From contig JAHLWP010000005.1 in assembly GCA_019057865.1 (NCBI GenBank), forward strand, positions 32,001-96,000: 64,000 nt of DNA, in the 5' to 3' direction. This document shows, one piece after another, positions 9,792-19,369 of this stretch (its first letter is position 1; each line of letters begins with the position of its first letter). Both the position numbers and the translations under genes were made by a program. Origin of the DNA: Promethearchaeota archaeon (GTDB taxonomy: Archaea; Asgardarchaeota; Lokiarchaeia; Sigyniarchaeales; SOKP01). The notes below the pieces were generated by a model. It searched no databases. It had not been told where the DNA came from and saw only the letters and a list, made by a program, of their open reading frames with translations.

Positions 9792-12050
9792 TTAACCATT
9801 TAAAAAATAATCTAAATCTAGTTGTTTTCCATTATCATCCTTTTTATTTATTACTTCAAAATTGAAATATTCATAAAAATCTTCTTTAATTAACCCTTTT
9901 TGAATTAAATCTTCTTTTAATTCTTTAGTACTATGAGTGTTAATAGAAGATAAATCATAATTATAGAGCGCCTTTAGTGAATCCAAATCATGATTATAAT
10001 TGAAATCAATTATTTTATTATAAAAATCTTTATCTCTACCTTCTAATCCAATGAGAACTACTCCTAAATTATGACTAATAACTCTCACATTTTCAGGATA
10101 TTTAATCCTATCGTCTACAGGTAAATGTTTAATATCATCATACGGATACCATCTAGTTCCGACAATGACGAGGAGTGTGTCTTCTGATTGATATTTTTCA
10201 ATCTTATTAATAAGGTTTTCATTACCTATATCATTAGTAAAATCAAATTGAGTGCTTTTTACATGATCTAAATTTTTAGGATCTAATTCAAGTTTATCTC
10301 TTAAATATTCCCCGGTTTGAGGGTTTGTTAATCTTTGATGTATAAAATTATTGTCTTCTAGAATTAATCCATCAGGTCTTCTTTTATCGGAATATATATT
10401 TGGTTCTGTATAATATTTCTGCTTATGGATATTGTTAATCGCTCTTGTTAGAAGAGAATTTAAATTTAAATGAGAATAATTTCCAATTTCAAGATTTTCA
10501 TCATAAGGAAATCTTTCTCTATGGGCATCAAGACTATCCTTGAAAACCTCATTCTGAGAAACACTTGAGACTGAAGGTCGACTTACTCCATTTTTTTCGG
10601 CTATTTCTGAAATATTCAGTTTGGTATTTTTGATATCATTTATAATTTCTTTTTTTGTATCAGAAGTAATTGGATCGTAAGGCTTCCAAGTTTTTTCATA
10701 AATTTCTTTAGGGATTGTACTTTTAGCTAGTTTTCGAGTATATTCAGTAGAGACCTTGTACTTTTTTCCAATTTCATTTAAGGAGAGATGATCAGGTTTT
10801 TTAATTTCCTCTTTTAAAGATTGTATTATTTCTAAGGCAATTTCCTTAGGAATTTCAATTGTTAATGGAGACCATATTTTATCATGGAGTTCCTTGGGAA
10901 CTGCTTGTTGGGCAAGTCGTTTAATTGTATCTGAACCCACTTCTGGAAAATCTTTATGAATATCCCTTAAAGTTCTAGGATTTTCTTTCTGAGATTCGTT
11001 TTGAAGAGTTTTTAAGATCTCATTTTTTATTTTGCTAGGTATCTTTTGGATTGCTGGCCATAATTCTTCATATCTATCTGGATATGTATATCTTGCTAAT
11101 TCAAAAATGTATGTATTAGAAACTTCTGGAAAATCTCTTGAAATATTTCTGAGAGAGCGTGGAGATTCTTTTTGAACTTCTTCTCTGAGTGACTCTTTAA
11201 TGCGTTCTCTTGTTTCAGGAGAGACTGTACTCCTTGTGGATGGCCACATTTTTTCATATATTTCTTGGGATATTTCCTTCTTAGCGATTCTGTCTATTTT
11301 TGAGATTTCTGGAAATTCCTTTGCAATTCTATAAAGTGAATCATGTTTAGTTCCCGCATTATATTTTTCTACTTCTTCTTTTAATCTTTCCATTATTCTT
11401 TCTTTTAAATCATTTGGTAAACCTCTAGCCCATCGTTCTTTATGAGAATTTATATCATTTTTATATACTTCTTGAAGAGAAATACTTCCAACTAGTTTGC
11501 GATTAATATATAACCCTACCTCATTCAGCTGATTGGCAATTTCATTTTGAGAAAGACCTGAATTTCGGATTTTATCGTTTAAGAAATTATTGATTTCTTG
11601 TTTATTTTGGATATCTTTTATTCTATTGATAATCTCTGGATCTTTTTCTGTATTTTCGACCCATTCTATGAAATCTTTTTTTAAATTCCTACCATAATTA
11701 GCATATTTCCCTGTTTCATCATAATATTGTCTAAAAGTGTTTTGAATCCTTTCTTTTAATAAGTCATTATAATCTTTAGATCCTTCATTAAAATTATCTA
11801 GAACTAAATTTTTGTGTTCTTCAAATGGTTCTTCAACCTCTTCTTGAGGATTAAAATTAATATATTCTTCAAATGGATCTTCGACCTCTTCTTGAGGATC
11901 AAAATTATTATATTCTTCAAACGGATCTTCAAATTGTTTATGAATTTCCTTATCCTTATCTAAAGTTTTTTCTTCAATCATATCTTCGTCTTTTTCTTCA
12001 TCTATCTCTTCAAAAGTGTCATCATTATAATCGCTACCATATTCACTCAA
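9792..12050 (-). CDS. Tandem-HTH repeat protein with PD-(D/E)xK-like nuclease domain and C-terminal PIP-box-like motif
   Basis: Acidic N-terminus with 16-aa repeats; about six units of ~62 aa ending in W/F with HTH-like cores (SLNEIGKKYKVS, NISEIAEKNGVSRPSV); GNYSH...EPNI...RPDG...QFDFT...KIEKY; ends KQLDLDYFLNG. The ORF is secure; the domain calls are inference. Confidence 0.7.
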   Translation of the reverse strand: MSEYGSDYNDDTFEEIDEEKDEDMIEEKTLDKDKEIHKQFEDPFEEYNNFDPQEEVEDPFEEYINFNPQEEVEEPFEEHKNLVLDNFNEGSKDYNDLLKERIQNTFRQYYDETGKYANYGRNLKKDFIEWVENTEKDPEIINRIKDIQNKQEINNFLNDKIRNSGLSQNEIANQLNEVGLYINRKLVGSISLQEVYKNDINSHKERWARGLPNDLKERIMERLKEEVEKYNAGTKHDSLYRIAKEFPEISKIDRIAKKEISQEIYEKMWPSTRSTVSPETRERIKESLREEVQKESPRSLRNISRDFPEVSNTYIFELARYTYPDRYEELWPAIQKIPSKIKNEILKTLQNESQKENPRTLRDIHKDFPEVGSDTIKRLAQQAVPKELHDKIWSPLTIEIPKEIALEIIQSLKEEIKKPDHLSLNEIGKKYKVSTEYTRKLAKSTIPKEIYEKTWKPYDPITSDTKKEIINDIKNTKLNISEIAEKNGVSRPSVSSVSQNEVFKDSLDAHRERFPYDENLEIGNYSHLNLNSLLTRAINNIHKQKYYTEPNIYSDKRRPDGLILEDNNFIHQRLTNPQTGEYLRDKLELDPKNLDHVKSTQFDFTNDIGNENLINKIEKYQSEDTLLVIVGTRWYPYDDIKHLPVDDRIKYPENVRVISHNLGVVLIGLEGRDKDFYNKIIDFNYNHDLDSLKALYNYDLSSINTHSTKELKEDLIQKGLIKEDFYEYFNFEVINKKDDNGKQLDLDYFLNG
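11817..11932 (-). repeat. 48-bp in-frame tandem repeat (about 2.4 copies) encoding EDPFEEYxNFxPQEEV
   Basis: Units start at 11817, 11865 and 11913 on the + strand (ttcttcaaatgg...). Confidence 0.9.
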
Positions 12051-12561
12051 TTAAAATCACAAGCATTTATTTAATTTTTAATAGATATTAATTTGAAAAT
12101 AATTAAAGAAAAATCTTAGTTCAATCGAAGAATCCTTGTTTCAATATTCTCATTCAAAGAATTCGTAATTTTTTTTTTTTAAAAATCATAGTTATTCATC
12201 TAAATTTTTAGAGAAAATACTAGATTAATATCTTATATTTTATTTAGGTTAGAAAAAGTTATAAAATTCCTCAGACTTTTAATTTAGTAATATTTACTAA
12301 ATCTATAGAAATATGGCTGATGAAATCGCATTTTTCCATTAGTTTAATATAAGTAAAAGAGGATTACTTATAAAAAATAACATTATTAATATTAATTTTT
12401 TGTGTCTATACTAAGGGAAACTGAGACGATAACTAAAATTCAATAAAAATACAAATTTTATTAGTGTACATTAATTTAATTGATCATTGCATTTTCTGGA
12501 TTTGGTATTTTTCAAAACCACAAATCTATATTTTGTAATATTGAACTCTTAAGTAGATGAC

Positions 12562-13872
12562 TTGCATATGTTCACAAAATTTAAACGTACATATAACGAA
12601 TATCCCAATGCATTTAAAGTGCTGACTCTCGCTACTTTCATTGACAGATTAGGAGGCTTTTTATTATTTCCTTTTTTTGCGTTGTATATAACCGATCATT
12701 TTGGAGTGGGGATGACCGAAGTAGGAATTCTATTTGCGATCTTCTCGGGAGGAAGTATACTCGGTAGTGCTATTGGAGGAGCATTATCAGATAAATATGG
12801 TCGTCGGGTGATGGTCCTATTTGGTTTGGTTTTAAGCGGGATTGGAAGTATTTTAATGGGATTGGTCAATGATTTGACTATTTTTTTCATACTCGCTGCA
12901 TTTTTAGGTGTTTTTGGCTCTTTTGGTGGTCCTGCACGACAAGCAATGGTAGTAGATTTACTTCCAACAGAGAAACAAGCAGAAGGATTTGGAATTCTAC
13001 GAGTGGCAGTTAATCTTTCAGCAACGATCGGTCCTATTTTTGGTGGATTTTTAGCGACCCAATCTTTTATGATGTTATTTATTGGGGATGCTGTGAGCAG
13101 CTTAATTACCGCATTTATTGTTTATGGTGTCATTCCTGAGACGAAACCTCAAAAACTTGATGGCATACCAGAAGAAACAGTAGCAAAAACCTTTAAAGGA
13201 TATAAAGAAGTGTTAAACGATTGGGTATTTGTGGTATTTCTCGCTGTGTCTGCCATAACAGTGTTAGTATATATGCAAATGGTTAGCACACTTTCGGTAT
13301 TCTTACGGGACGTTCACGGGTTCCCACCAGAGGGTTTTGGTTTGTTGGTAAGTATGAACGCGGCTATGGTGGTGCTATTTCAATTCTGGATAACTAGGAA
13401 GATTTCAAAGTATGCTCCCATGAAGATGATAGCCGTTGGAACACTGTTTTATATGATTGGCTTTGGGATGTTTGGTTTTGTCTCTACGATATACATGTTT
13501 TTCATCGCTATGGCAATTCTCACGGTGGGAGAGATGATTGCAATGCCTATTGGGCAAACTGCAGCTGCATCTTTTGCTCCTGAAGATAAGCGAGGACGGT
13601 ATATGGCGGTGTATGGTTTCCATTGGGCTATTCCAACTCTTTTTGGGGTTTATGCCGCCGGATTAGTTATGGATAATATTAGCCCATACTTGGTGTGGTA
13701 TTTAGCGGGGATTCTGTCTCTGATTTCAGCGATAGGATTTTGGCTACTCCATGGTCCTACCAAAAAGCGCTTTTCAAAAGTAATGGAAGCTCCAAAAATA
13801 ATAGAAGCTCCGAAAGTAATGGAAGCTCCAAAAGTAATAGAACCCATAAAAGAAGATTTGCATGAACTATGA
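12562..13872 (+). CDS. MFS transporter (12 TM, DHA1/MdtH-like); ATG at 12568 is the likelier start
   Basis: Motif A GALSDKYGRR, GPARQA, GPIFGG, APEDKRGRY. Confidence 0.93.
   Translation: MHMFTKFKRTYNEYPNAFKVLTLATFIDRLGGFLLFPFFALYITDHFGVGMTEVGILFAIFSGGSILGSAIGGALSDKYGRRVMVLFGLVLSGIGSILMGLVNDLTIFFILAAFLGVFGSFGGPARQAMVVDLLPTEKQAEGFGILRVAVNLSATIGPIFGGFLATQSFMMLFIGDAVSSLITAFIVYGVIPETKPQKLDGIPEETVAKTFKGYKEVLNDWVFVVFLAVSAITVLVYMQMVSTLSVFLRDVHGFPPEGFGLLVSMNAAMVVLFQFWITRKISKYAPMKMIAVGTLFYMIGFGMFGFVSTIYMFFIAMAILTVGEMIAMPIGQTAAASFAPEDKRGRYMAVYGFHWAIPTLFGVYAAGLVMDNISPYLVWYLAGILSLISAIGFWLLHGPTKKRFSKVMEAPKIIEAPKVMEAPKVIEPIKEDLHEL
13777..13848 (+). repeat. 18-bp in-frame tandem repeat x4 (KVMEAP/KIIEAP) in the MFS tail
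   Basis: aaagtaatggaagctcca / aaaataatagaagctccg / aaagtaatggaagctcca / aaagtaatagaacccata. Confidence 0.9.
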
Positions 13873-14026
13873 TATTATTAGTGACTACAGATTTCTTTAC
13901 TAGTTTAATATAGTTTTATTGCAAATATTCCAAAATATATAAAGTTTAAATTTAAATTATGGAGATATTAGTAAAAGATTTTTACTTATAAAAGATAACT
14001 AATTATAACACTGAAGATTGGATTAA

Positions 14027-15760
14027 ATGGGTATTATGTTAAGCTTTATTGATAACAATTTGGTACAAGATATCTTTAATTCTAATGAATTTAAAGGATG
14101 GCTTCTTTCAAAAAGATGGTTTGGTGATAAATCTGCATTATCTAATCTAGAGTTCAAGATCAACCTAAATTATTTTGAAATTCTTTCTGAAAGGATACTA
14201 CTTACTGTAATAGATATTCAAAAACCGGAATATAAAAAATCATATTTCTTGCCTTTAATTTATTATGAAAAAATTCAAAAAATTCTTGAACCAAATGAAA
14301 TAAGTAATAAAAAAAAAATTCTTACTCTTACAATCAATACTTTTAGTAAGAAAATAGTTTTAAATATTGAAGGAGAACAAAAAATATTCACAGTTAATTT
14401 AGTAGAAGGTGAATATTGTCTTTTCTTCTGGAAAAAGATTTTGTTTGATAAGGATATCTCTGAAAGCTTTCCATCTCGTTCTTTGGATCTTACACTTTAT
14501 ACAGAACAGTTTCAAGATGAGGCTAACATGAAAAAGGTTCAAAATTTAATTGAAACTAGTTTATATCCTGATCGATATTCACTCTCATTAACACAATTAG
14601 GAGGGGGAAATACCACAAATACTTTATTTTTATTATCAATTTTAAATAACAGAATGCCTGACCAAGAACCAATTACATATGTGTTAAAATCATATAAAGA
14701 ATATTTAGAAAGTTTAGAACCAACTACATTATTCGTATTAGTTAAAAATTCATTTCCAAATGCGCCTAAAATTTATGGTACAATTAAATTAAGAGACAAA
14801 GAAACAATAGGTATTCTTGAGGACGTCCCAAATGTAGGAAATCTAGGAGATATCTATTGGAATGAACTTAATAACATGGTTAATAACGTGTTTAAAGTTA
14901 TTAATGGAAATTACTCACAGTTAAGTGAAAAATCTAATATTTCTCAATTAATTAAGAAAAATTGTTATGAAACAATAAAAGTTTCGGATGAAATTGGAAA
15001 CTACATCAAAAGATTACATGAATCCTTAATTTACCCAGAAAAAATAGAATACAATTTAGAATCTGTAGAAAGTAATAATTATCTTGTATCTTATACAGAA
15101 AAACTCAACTCTATGATTTCAGAATTACAAAATACAATGAGTCAACAAACTGAAACTTCATTTTTTAATTTACCTAAAATTAATTCAATATTAATCGATA
15201 TTAAAGATATTATACAAAGCTTTCAGGATGAATTTAAAGAAACTAAAGTCAACATTCAACCTGTACATCAAGATTTGCATATGGAACAAATTTTGTATAA
15301 TAAAATAGATGATCAATATCAATACTACTTTATAGATTTTGAAGGTGATCCACAATTAACTTTCACAGAAAAAAAAGGAAAATTTCCAATTGAAAAAGAT
15401 TTAGCATCCTTTTTAAGGGCATTAAGCTATATAAAATTCAATACATTTCTTAAGTTCATAGAAAAAAAAGTGATTAGGAAGGATAAATATGAAGTTCCTG
15501 AAGAGATTCTTTATAATATAATTTTTAGAAGAGCAGCTAGACCCATAAATAAAACACTTGATGTGGTTCTTAATGTTTTAAACATCTGGGAATCAAAATT
15601 AATAGGTAAAATTTTAAAAAATCTAAATGCACACTATACTCTAATTACTTACTTCTACATAGAAAGAGCATTACATGAATTAAACTATGAAATGTTATTT
15701 AGACCAAGCAAAATAATTGTGCCAATTTTAGGACTAAAAGAAATAATTGATAAAAGCTAA
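14027..15760 (+). CDS. Maltokinase (Mak/Pep2)-like kinase
   Basis: N-cap WLLSKRWFGDK, GGGNTTNT loop, VLK lysine, HQDLHMEQIL (cf. HGDLHLGQVL), IDFEGDP, KDLASFLRALSY, ERALHELNYE...RP. Confidence 0.8.
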   Translation: MGIMLSFIDNNLVQDIFNSNEFKGWLLSKRWFGDKSALSNLEFKINLNYFEILSERILLTVIDIQKPEYKKSYFLPLIYYEKIQKILEPNEISNKKKILTLTINTFSKKIVLNIEGEQKIFTVNLVEGEYCLFFWKKILFDKDISESFPSRSLDLTLYTEQFQDEANMKKVQNLIETSLYPDRYSLSLTQLGGGNTTNTLFLLSILNNRMPDQEPITYVLKSYKEYLESLEPTTLFVLVKNSFPNAPKIYGTIKLRDKETIGILEDVPNVGNLGDIYWNELNNMVNNVFKVINGNYSQLSEKSNISQLIKKNCYETIKVSDEIGNYIKRLHESLIYPEKIEYNLESVESNNYLVSYTEKLNSMISELQNTMSQQTETSFFNLPKINSILIDIKDIIQSFQDEFKETKVNIQPVHQDLHMEQILYNKIDDQYQYYFIDFEGDPQLTFTEKKGKFPIEKDLASFLRALSYIKFNTFLKFIEKKVIRKDKYEVPEEILYNIIFRRAARPINKTLDVVLNVLNIWESKLIGKILKNLNAHYTLITYFYIERALHELNYEMLFRPSKIIVPILGLKEIIDKS

Positions 15761-15763
15761 AAT

Positions 15764-16369
15764 TTATTCTTCTTCTATTTCTGGTATTTTAGCGAATTCA
15801 TAGGAATAGTGAGATGATGATCGATCAACAGGACCAATCTCTTTTTTATATTGCGCCCTTAGATTTTTACTGGATTTCATTTCTTCTTCAGTAAAATCAT
15901 AAGTATATTTTGGGTCATAATTGATTAATTTATAGATAAATACTTCAACAAATTTTTTAGGTCCAAGTTTCTTTGAAATTAAAATATAATTCTCCTTATC
16001 AATGAATTTAGGAAAAAGTCCTAAGTGTTCACATAAATCTAATTTATATTCAATATTATCAATTTTACCTTCTAATCTTGCGATATCATTAATAAACCGC
16101 GCTAATTTATTCCCTAATTCCATCTGTTTTGTTTCATTTAATGGTTCAACAAGTTTCCTAAAAGTACTCTTTTTTAAAATAATAAAATCTCGATTATTCA
16201 ACGATTTAATACCATTATTTTGTATCAATAAATATTTTGACATGTCAAGATATTTACGTATAAAATCTGCTTTTGTTATACCTAGCTTAGAACGCATTTT
16301 CTCAATATTTTGGTCTAACTCTTCATCAATTCTGACAGTTACAACACTGGTTGAACTTTTATCCGACAT
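15764..16369 (-). CDS. Ribbon-helix-helix transcriptional regulator with C-terminal effector-like domain
   Basis: VVTVRIDEELDQNIEKMRSKLGITKADFIRKYL fits the RHH pattern. Confidence 0.75.
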   Translation of the reverse strand: MSDKSSTSVVTVRIDEELDQNIEKMRSKLGITKADFIRKYLDMSKYLLIQNNGIKSLNNRDFIILKKSTFRKLVEPLNETKQMELGNKLARFINDIARLEGKIDNIEYKLDLCEHLGLFPKFIDKENYILISKKLGPKKFVEVFIYKLINYDPKYTYDFTEEEMKSSKNLRAQYKKEIGPVDRSSSHYSYEFAKIPEIEEE

Positions 16370-16407
16370 TGTAGAATTTTCCTAATTAGTAATTATTGTA
16401 TTTATTT

Positions 16408-16432
16408 TGTTTCATTTGTAATTATAGTAATA
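16408..16432 (-). promoter_or_regulatory. Putative operator just downstream of the TATA box (16437-16444) of the RHH gene
   Basis: AATTACAAATGAAACA (- strand, 16408-16423) matches 17061-17076 at 15/16; TTGTAATTATAGTAATA (16416-16432) matches 17031-17047 at 16/17. Confidence 0.55.
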
Positions 16433-17030
16433 ATAGTATATAAACGATTGTATTTTACAATTTTTGTAAAAAATTATTCAAAACTAAATACGCACTTACC
16501 ATACATTTGACCATTTTGTTGTTCAGATCATCTTGAATAAAGAAAATTTTAATTTAAAGAAATTCAAATTGAAATAAATTGATATATTTTAAAATTAATC
16601 ATAAATAATCTTCATAAGTCTGAAGCAATATCTAATAAAACAATAAGAGTAAGAACTACATAAATAATTTCATTTAATGTTAATTATGCGCGATTTTCCT
16701 TTAATCGACACTTACTGATAGGTAAAAAATTCATAAAAAATCGTTTCAAAACAGAAAATATATAAAAATTATCCTAGTGGGATTTTAATGTCATTTTTAA
16801 TAAATTCATGATGTATTTTTTAATATATTAAAAATCTTGACTTTAAAGGTAGTTTGATTGAAATCTATAGCCTATTTTGATAAAACTTATTTTAAGTTGC
16901 CAAATATTATTAAAAAAGCTTAAATTTACTAAATTTAAAATTATTGAATGTTTTGATTTTATTAAAAGAACGCTTTATTAAATAAATAAACCCAAAAGCA
17001 AAAACAAATAATGGTTAATCTTAATATCAA

Positions 17031-17076
17031 TTGTAATTATTGTAATATTATATAATCTTAAATTACAAATGATACA
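17031..17076 (+). promoter_or_regulatory. Putative operator pair flanking a TATA box (17048-17055) upstream of the ArsR-like gene
   Basis: TTGTAATTATTGTAATA - TTATATAA - AATTACAAATGATACA; both motifs recur at 16408-16432. Confidence 0.55.
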
Positions 17077-17158
17077 CGAGGTAAATATAAATACCCTCTA
17101 AAATATTGGTTTCATGTAAATAACCATAAAAATTTTATTAAGGGTTGAATAAAAAGTA

Positions 17159-17482
17159 ATGGAAATTACCGAATCGGGTACTTTGGAAGTAAATCTAAAA
17201 AATAAAACAGATTCTATTACAATCGAATCTGATGAACTAATCGAAAAAATAGTTAAAGCCTTATCTTCTCATACAAGACGCCAAATTTTACGTCATATTC
17301 AAATTGAACCACTGGATGTTTCGAATATAGCTTCTAATTTGGACATGACAGAAGCAAATATTTCAGCCCAGATAAAGAAACTTGAGGAGGCTGGTTTGAT
17401 TACATGTGATTATGCGTCTGGCGAGCATGGAGTCAGAAAGATTAGTAAGTTAAAATATGATAGGGTTTTAATAAAATTTTAA
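17159..17482 (+). CDS. ArsR-family winged-HTH regulator
   Basis: KALSSHTRRQIL, IASNLDMTEANISAQIKKLEEAGLI, GVRKI wing. Confidence 0.9.
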   Translation: MEITESGTLEVNLKNKTDSITIESDELIEKIVKALSSHTRRQILRHIQIEPLDVSNIASNLDMTEANISAQIKKLEEAGLITCDYASGEHGVRKISKLKYDRVLIKF

Positions 17483-17636
17483 TTCATCAGAATTATTTTT
17501 TATCTCTTTTTCTAGAGAAGTGTTTAATTTCAATTGAATTCGATAAGTTTCATAATTAAATTATGTTTTAATTACTTAATTTAAATTATTTTATTAATTA
17601 TATTTATTTACTTCTTATACTAAAGCAACAATTCAA

Positions 17637-18581
17637 ATGAAAGAAAGAATTTCTCTAAAAATTCCCGGTCGAATATGTATCCTTGGCGATAAAGTTGATT
17701 TGTTAGGTAAACCAGTCATAGCCATGGCAATTAATTTAATGATGAAGATAAATTTTGTAGCAAAGAAAAATAATAGAGTAATCTTTTATAGCCATAATAC
17801 CAAAGAAAAGATAGAATTTAATTTAGGTGAATCTCCTCCTAAAAATATTGATTTAGGTTATTGGAGTGTTTTATATGAGCGTATAAAAGTGAAAATCAAT
17901 CGAGGTTTTTATATAGAAGTGGATTCTGATATACCAATCGGATGTGGATTATCGACTTCCGCAGCATTATCTGTTGGATTTCTGAGAGCGTTAAATGAAG
18001 CATATGACTTAACTATATCAAATTCAGAAATCGCAGAACTTGCATATTTAGGTGAGAATCATGATTTAGGTATCCAATGTGGAAGAATGGATCAATATAG
18101 TATAGCTTATGGAGGTATAACCTTTATTCATACCGATGAAAATCCGAGGGTTGAAATATTAGATATTAATGAACTACCAGTAGTTGTAGGTGATTCAATG
18201 GAAGAAAGAAAATCAGTGTCGGTATTAAACAGAGTTAAGAGACAAATAAGAGAAAAAGAAGAAAAGACTTTAGAAGCATTTAAGGTTATTGAGGAATGCG
18301 TTTATCAGGGGAGAGAGGCTTTAATTAAAAGAGATTTTAAAAGGTTGGGAGGTCTAATGAATAAACAACAGGAACAAGAGATTATTTTAAAAGCTGAGAC
18401 TGAAAAAATTCATACCTTATGCGAAGTATCTAAAAAGGTTGGTGCTTTAGGAGCTAAGCAAATGGGTGCTGGAGGGGGTGGATGTATGTTAGCAATATGC
18501 CCTGGGAAACAGCAGGAAGTCGCTAAGGCTATTGATGATGCTGGTGGAAGATCATGGATTTTTGATATTTTCAATTATTAA
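17637..18581 (+). CDS. GHMP kinase, galactokinase-like anomeric sugar kinase
   Basis: PGRICILG, PIGCGLSTSAA, CGRMDQY, GAGGGG. Confidence 0.88.
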   Translation: MKERISLKIPGRICILGDKVDLLGKPVIAMAINLMMKINFVAKKNNRVIFYSHNTKEKIEFNLGESPPKNIDLGYWSVLYERIKVKINRGFYIEVDSDIPIGCGLSTSAALSVGFLRALNEAYDLTISNSEIAELAYLGENHDLGIQCGRMDQYSIAYGGITFIHTDENPRVEILDINELPVVVGDSMEERKSVSVLNRVKRQIREKEEKTLEAFKVIEECVYQGREALIKRDFKRLGGLMNKQQEQEIILKAETEKIHTLCEVSKKVGALGAKQMGAGGGGCMLAICPGKQQEVAKAIDDAGGRSWIFDIFNY

Positions 18582-18627
18582 GAATTAGTATATCCAAAGT
18601 AATAAGATAAAATGGGGTAAAATCTAA

Positions 18628-19365
18628 TTGAAGGTTATTATATTGTGTGCTGGGGAAGGGAAACGTATGAAACCCTATACTGAAACATACCAGAAAACTA
18701 TGATTCCTATTCATGGCAAACCTTTACTAGAGTATCTTATAAAGGGCATTAAGTTAGCCGGTTTTAAGGATTTCATAATAGTAGTAGGATATAATAAAGA
18801 ACAGATTATTGATTACTTTCAAGAAGGGAAAAAATGGGATATTAATATTGAATACATAGAACAACATAATTTAAATGGAACAGGAGGAGCACTATTATTA
18901 TGTGAAGATGCAATCACAGATCAGCATTTCTTTCTAACTTGGGGAGATACTTTAGTGGCTTATGATGTTTATAGAGAAGTCTATGAGGTGTTTAAAAAAG
19001 AAAGACCTGATTTTATTTTAGTTACCAATTATGTGGATGATCCCTATAAAGGAGCTGCTGTTTATTGTGAAGGAAATTACTGTATAGATATTGTTGAGAA
19101 ACCACGAAAAGGAAAATCAACTACAAATTTAAATAACGCTGGGATATTTATTTTATCCAGAGAGATATTTGAAATATTAAAGATGCAAACTCCATCAAAA
19201 CGAGGTGAAATAGAAATACCTGATGCTATACGTTATGGAGTAAAAGAAAAGAATTGGAAATTTCGAGTTGTTAAAATAGAAAAAGATCAGTTTTATGGAG
19301 ATTTTGGGGATGTTAAAAAATACGAGAAACTTGTGAAAAATACTAACTGGCTTAATCTATTATAA
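18628..19365 (+). CDS. Sugar-1-phosphate nucleotidyltransferase (RmlA-like, no LbH domain)
   Basis: ILCAGEGKRM, GTGGA, WGD, VEKP, SKRGEIEI; TTG start. Confidence 0.92.
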   Translation: MKVIILCAGEGKRMKPYTETYQKTMIPIHGKPLLEYLIKGIKLAGFKDFIIVVGYNKEQIIDYFQEGKKWDINIEYIEQHNLNGTGGALLLCEDAITDQHFFLTWGDTLVAYDVYREVYEVFKKERPDFILVTNYVDDPYKGAAVYCEGNYCIDIVEKPRKGKSTTNLNNAGIFILSREIFEILKMQTPSKRGEIEIPDAIRYGVKEKNWKFRVVKIEKDQFYGDFGDVKKYEKLVKNTNWLNLL

Positions 19366-19369
19366 TAAT

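Noticed and set aside
9792-12050. HTH-repeat protein as an IS transposase
   Set aside because: No DDE/HUH motifs, terminal inverted repeats or target-site duplication were found by eye.
11817-13848. 48-bp and 18-bp repeats considered as CRISPR arrays
   Set aside because: They are head-to-tail, in-frame coding repeats with no unique spacers, and there are no cas genes.
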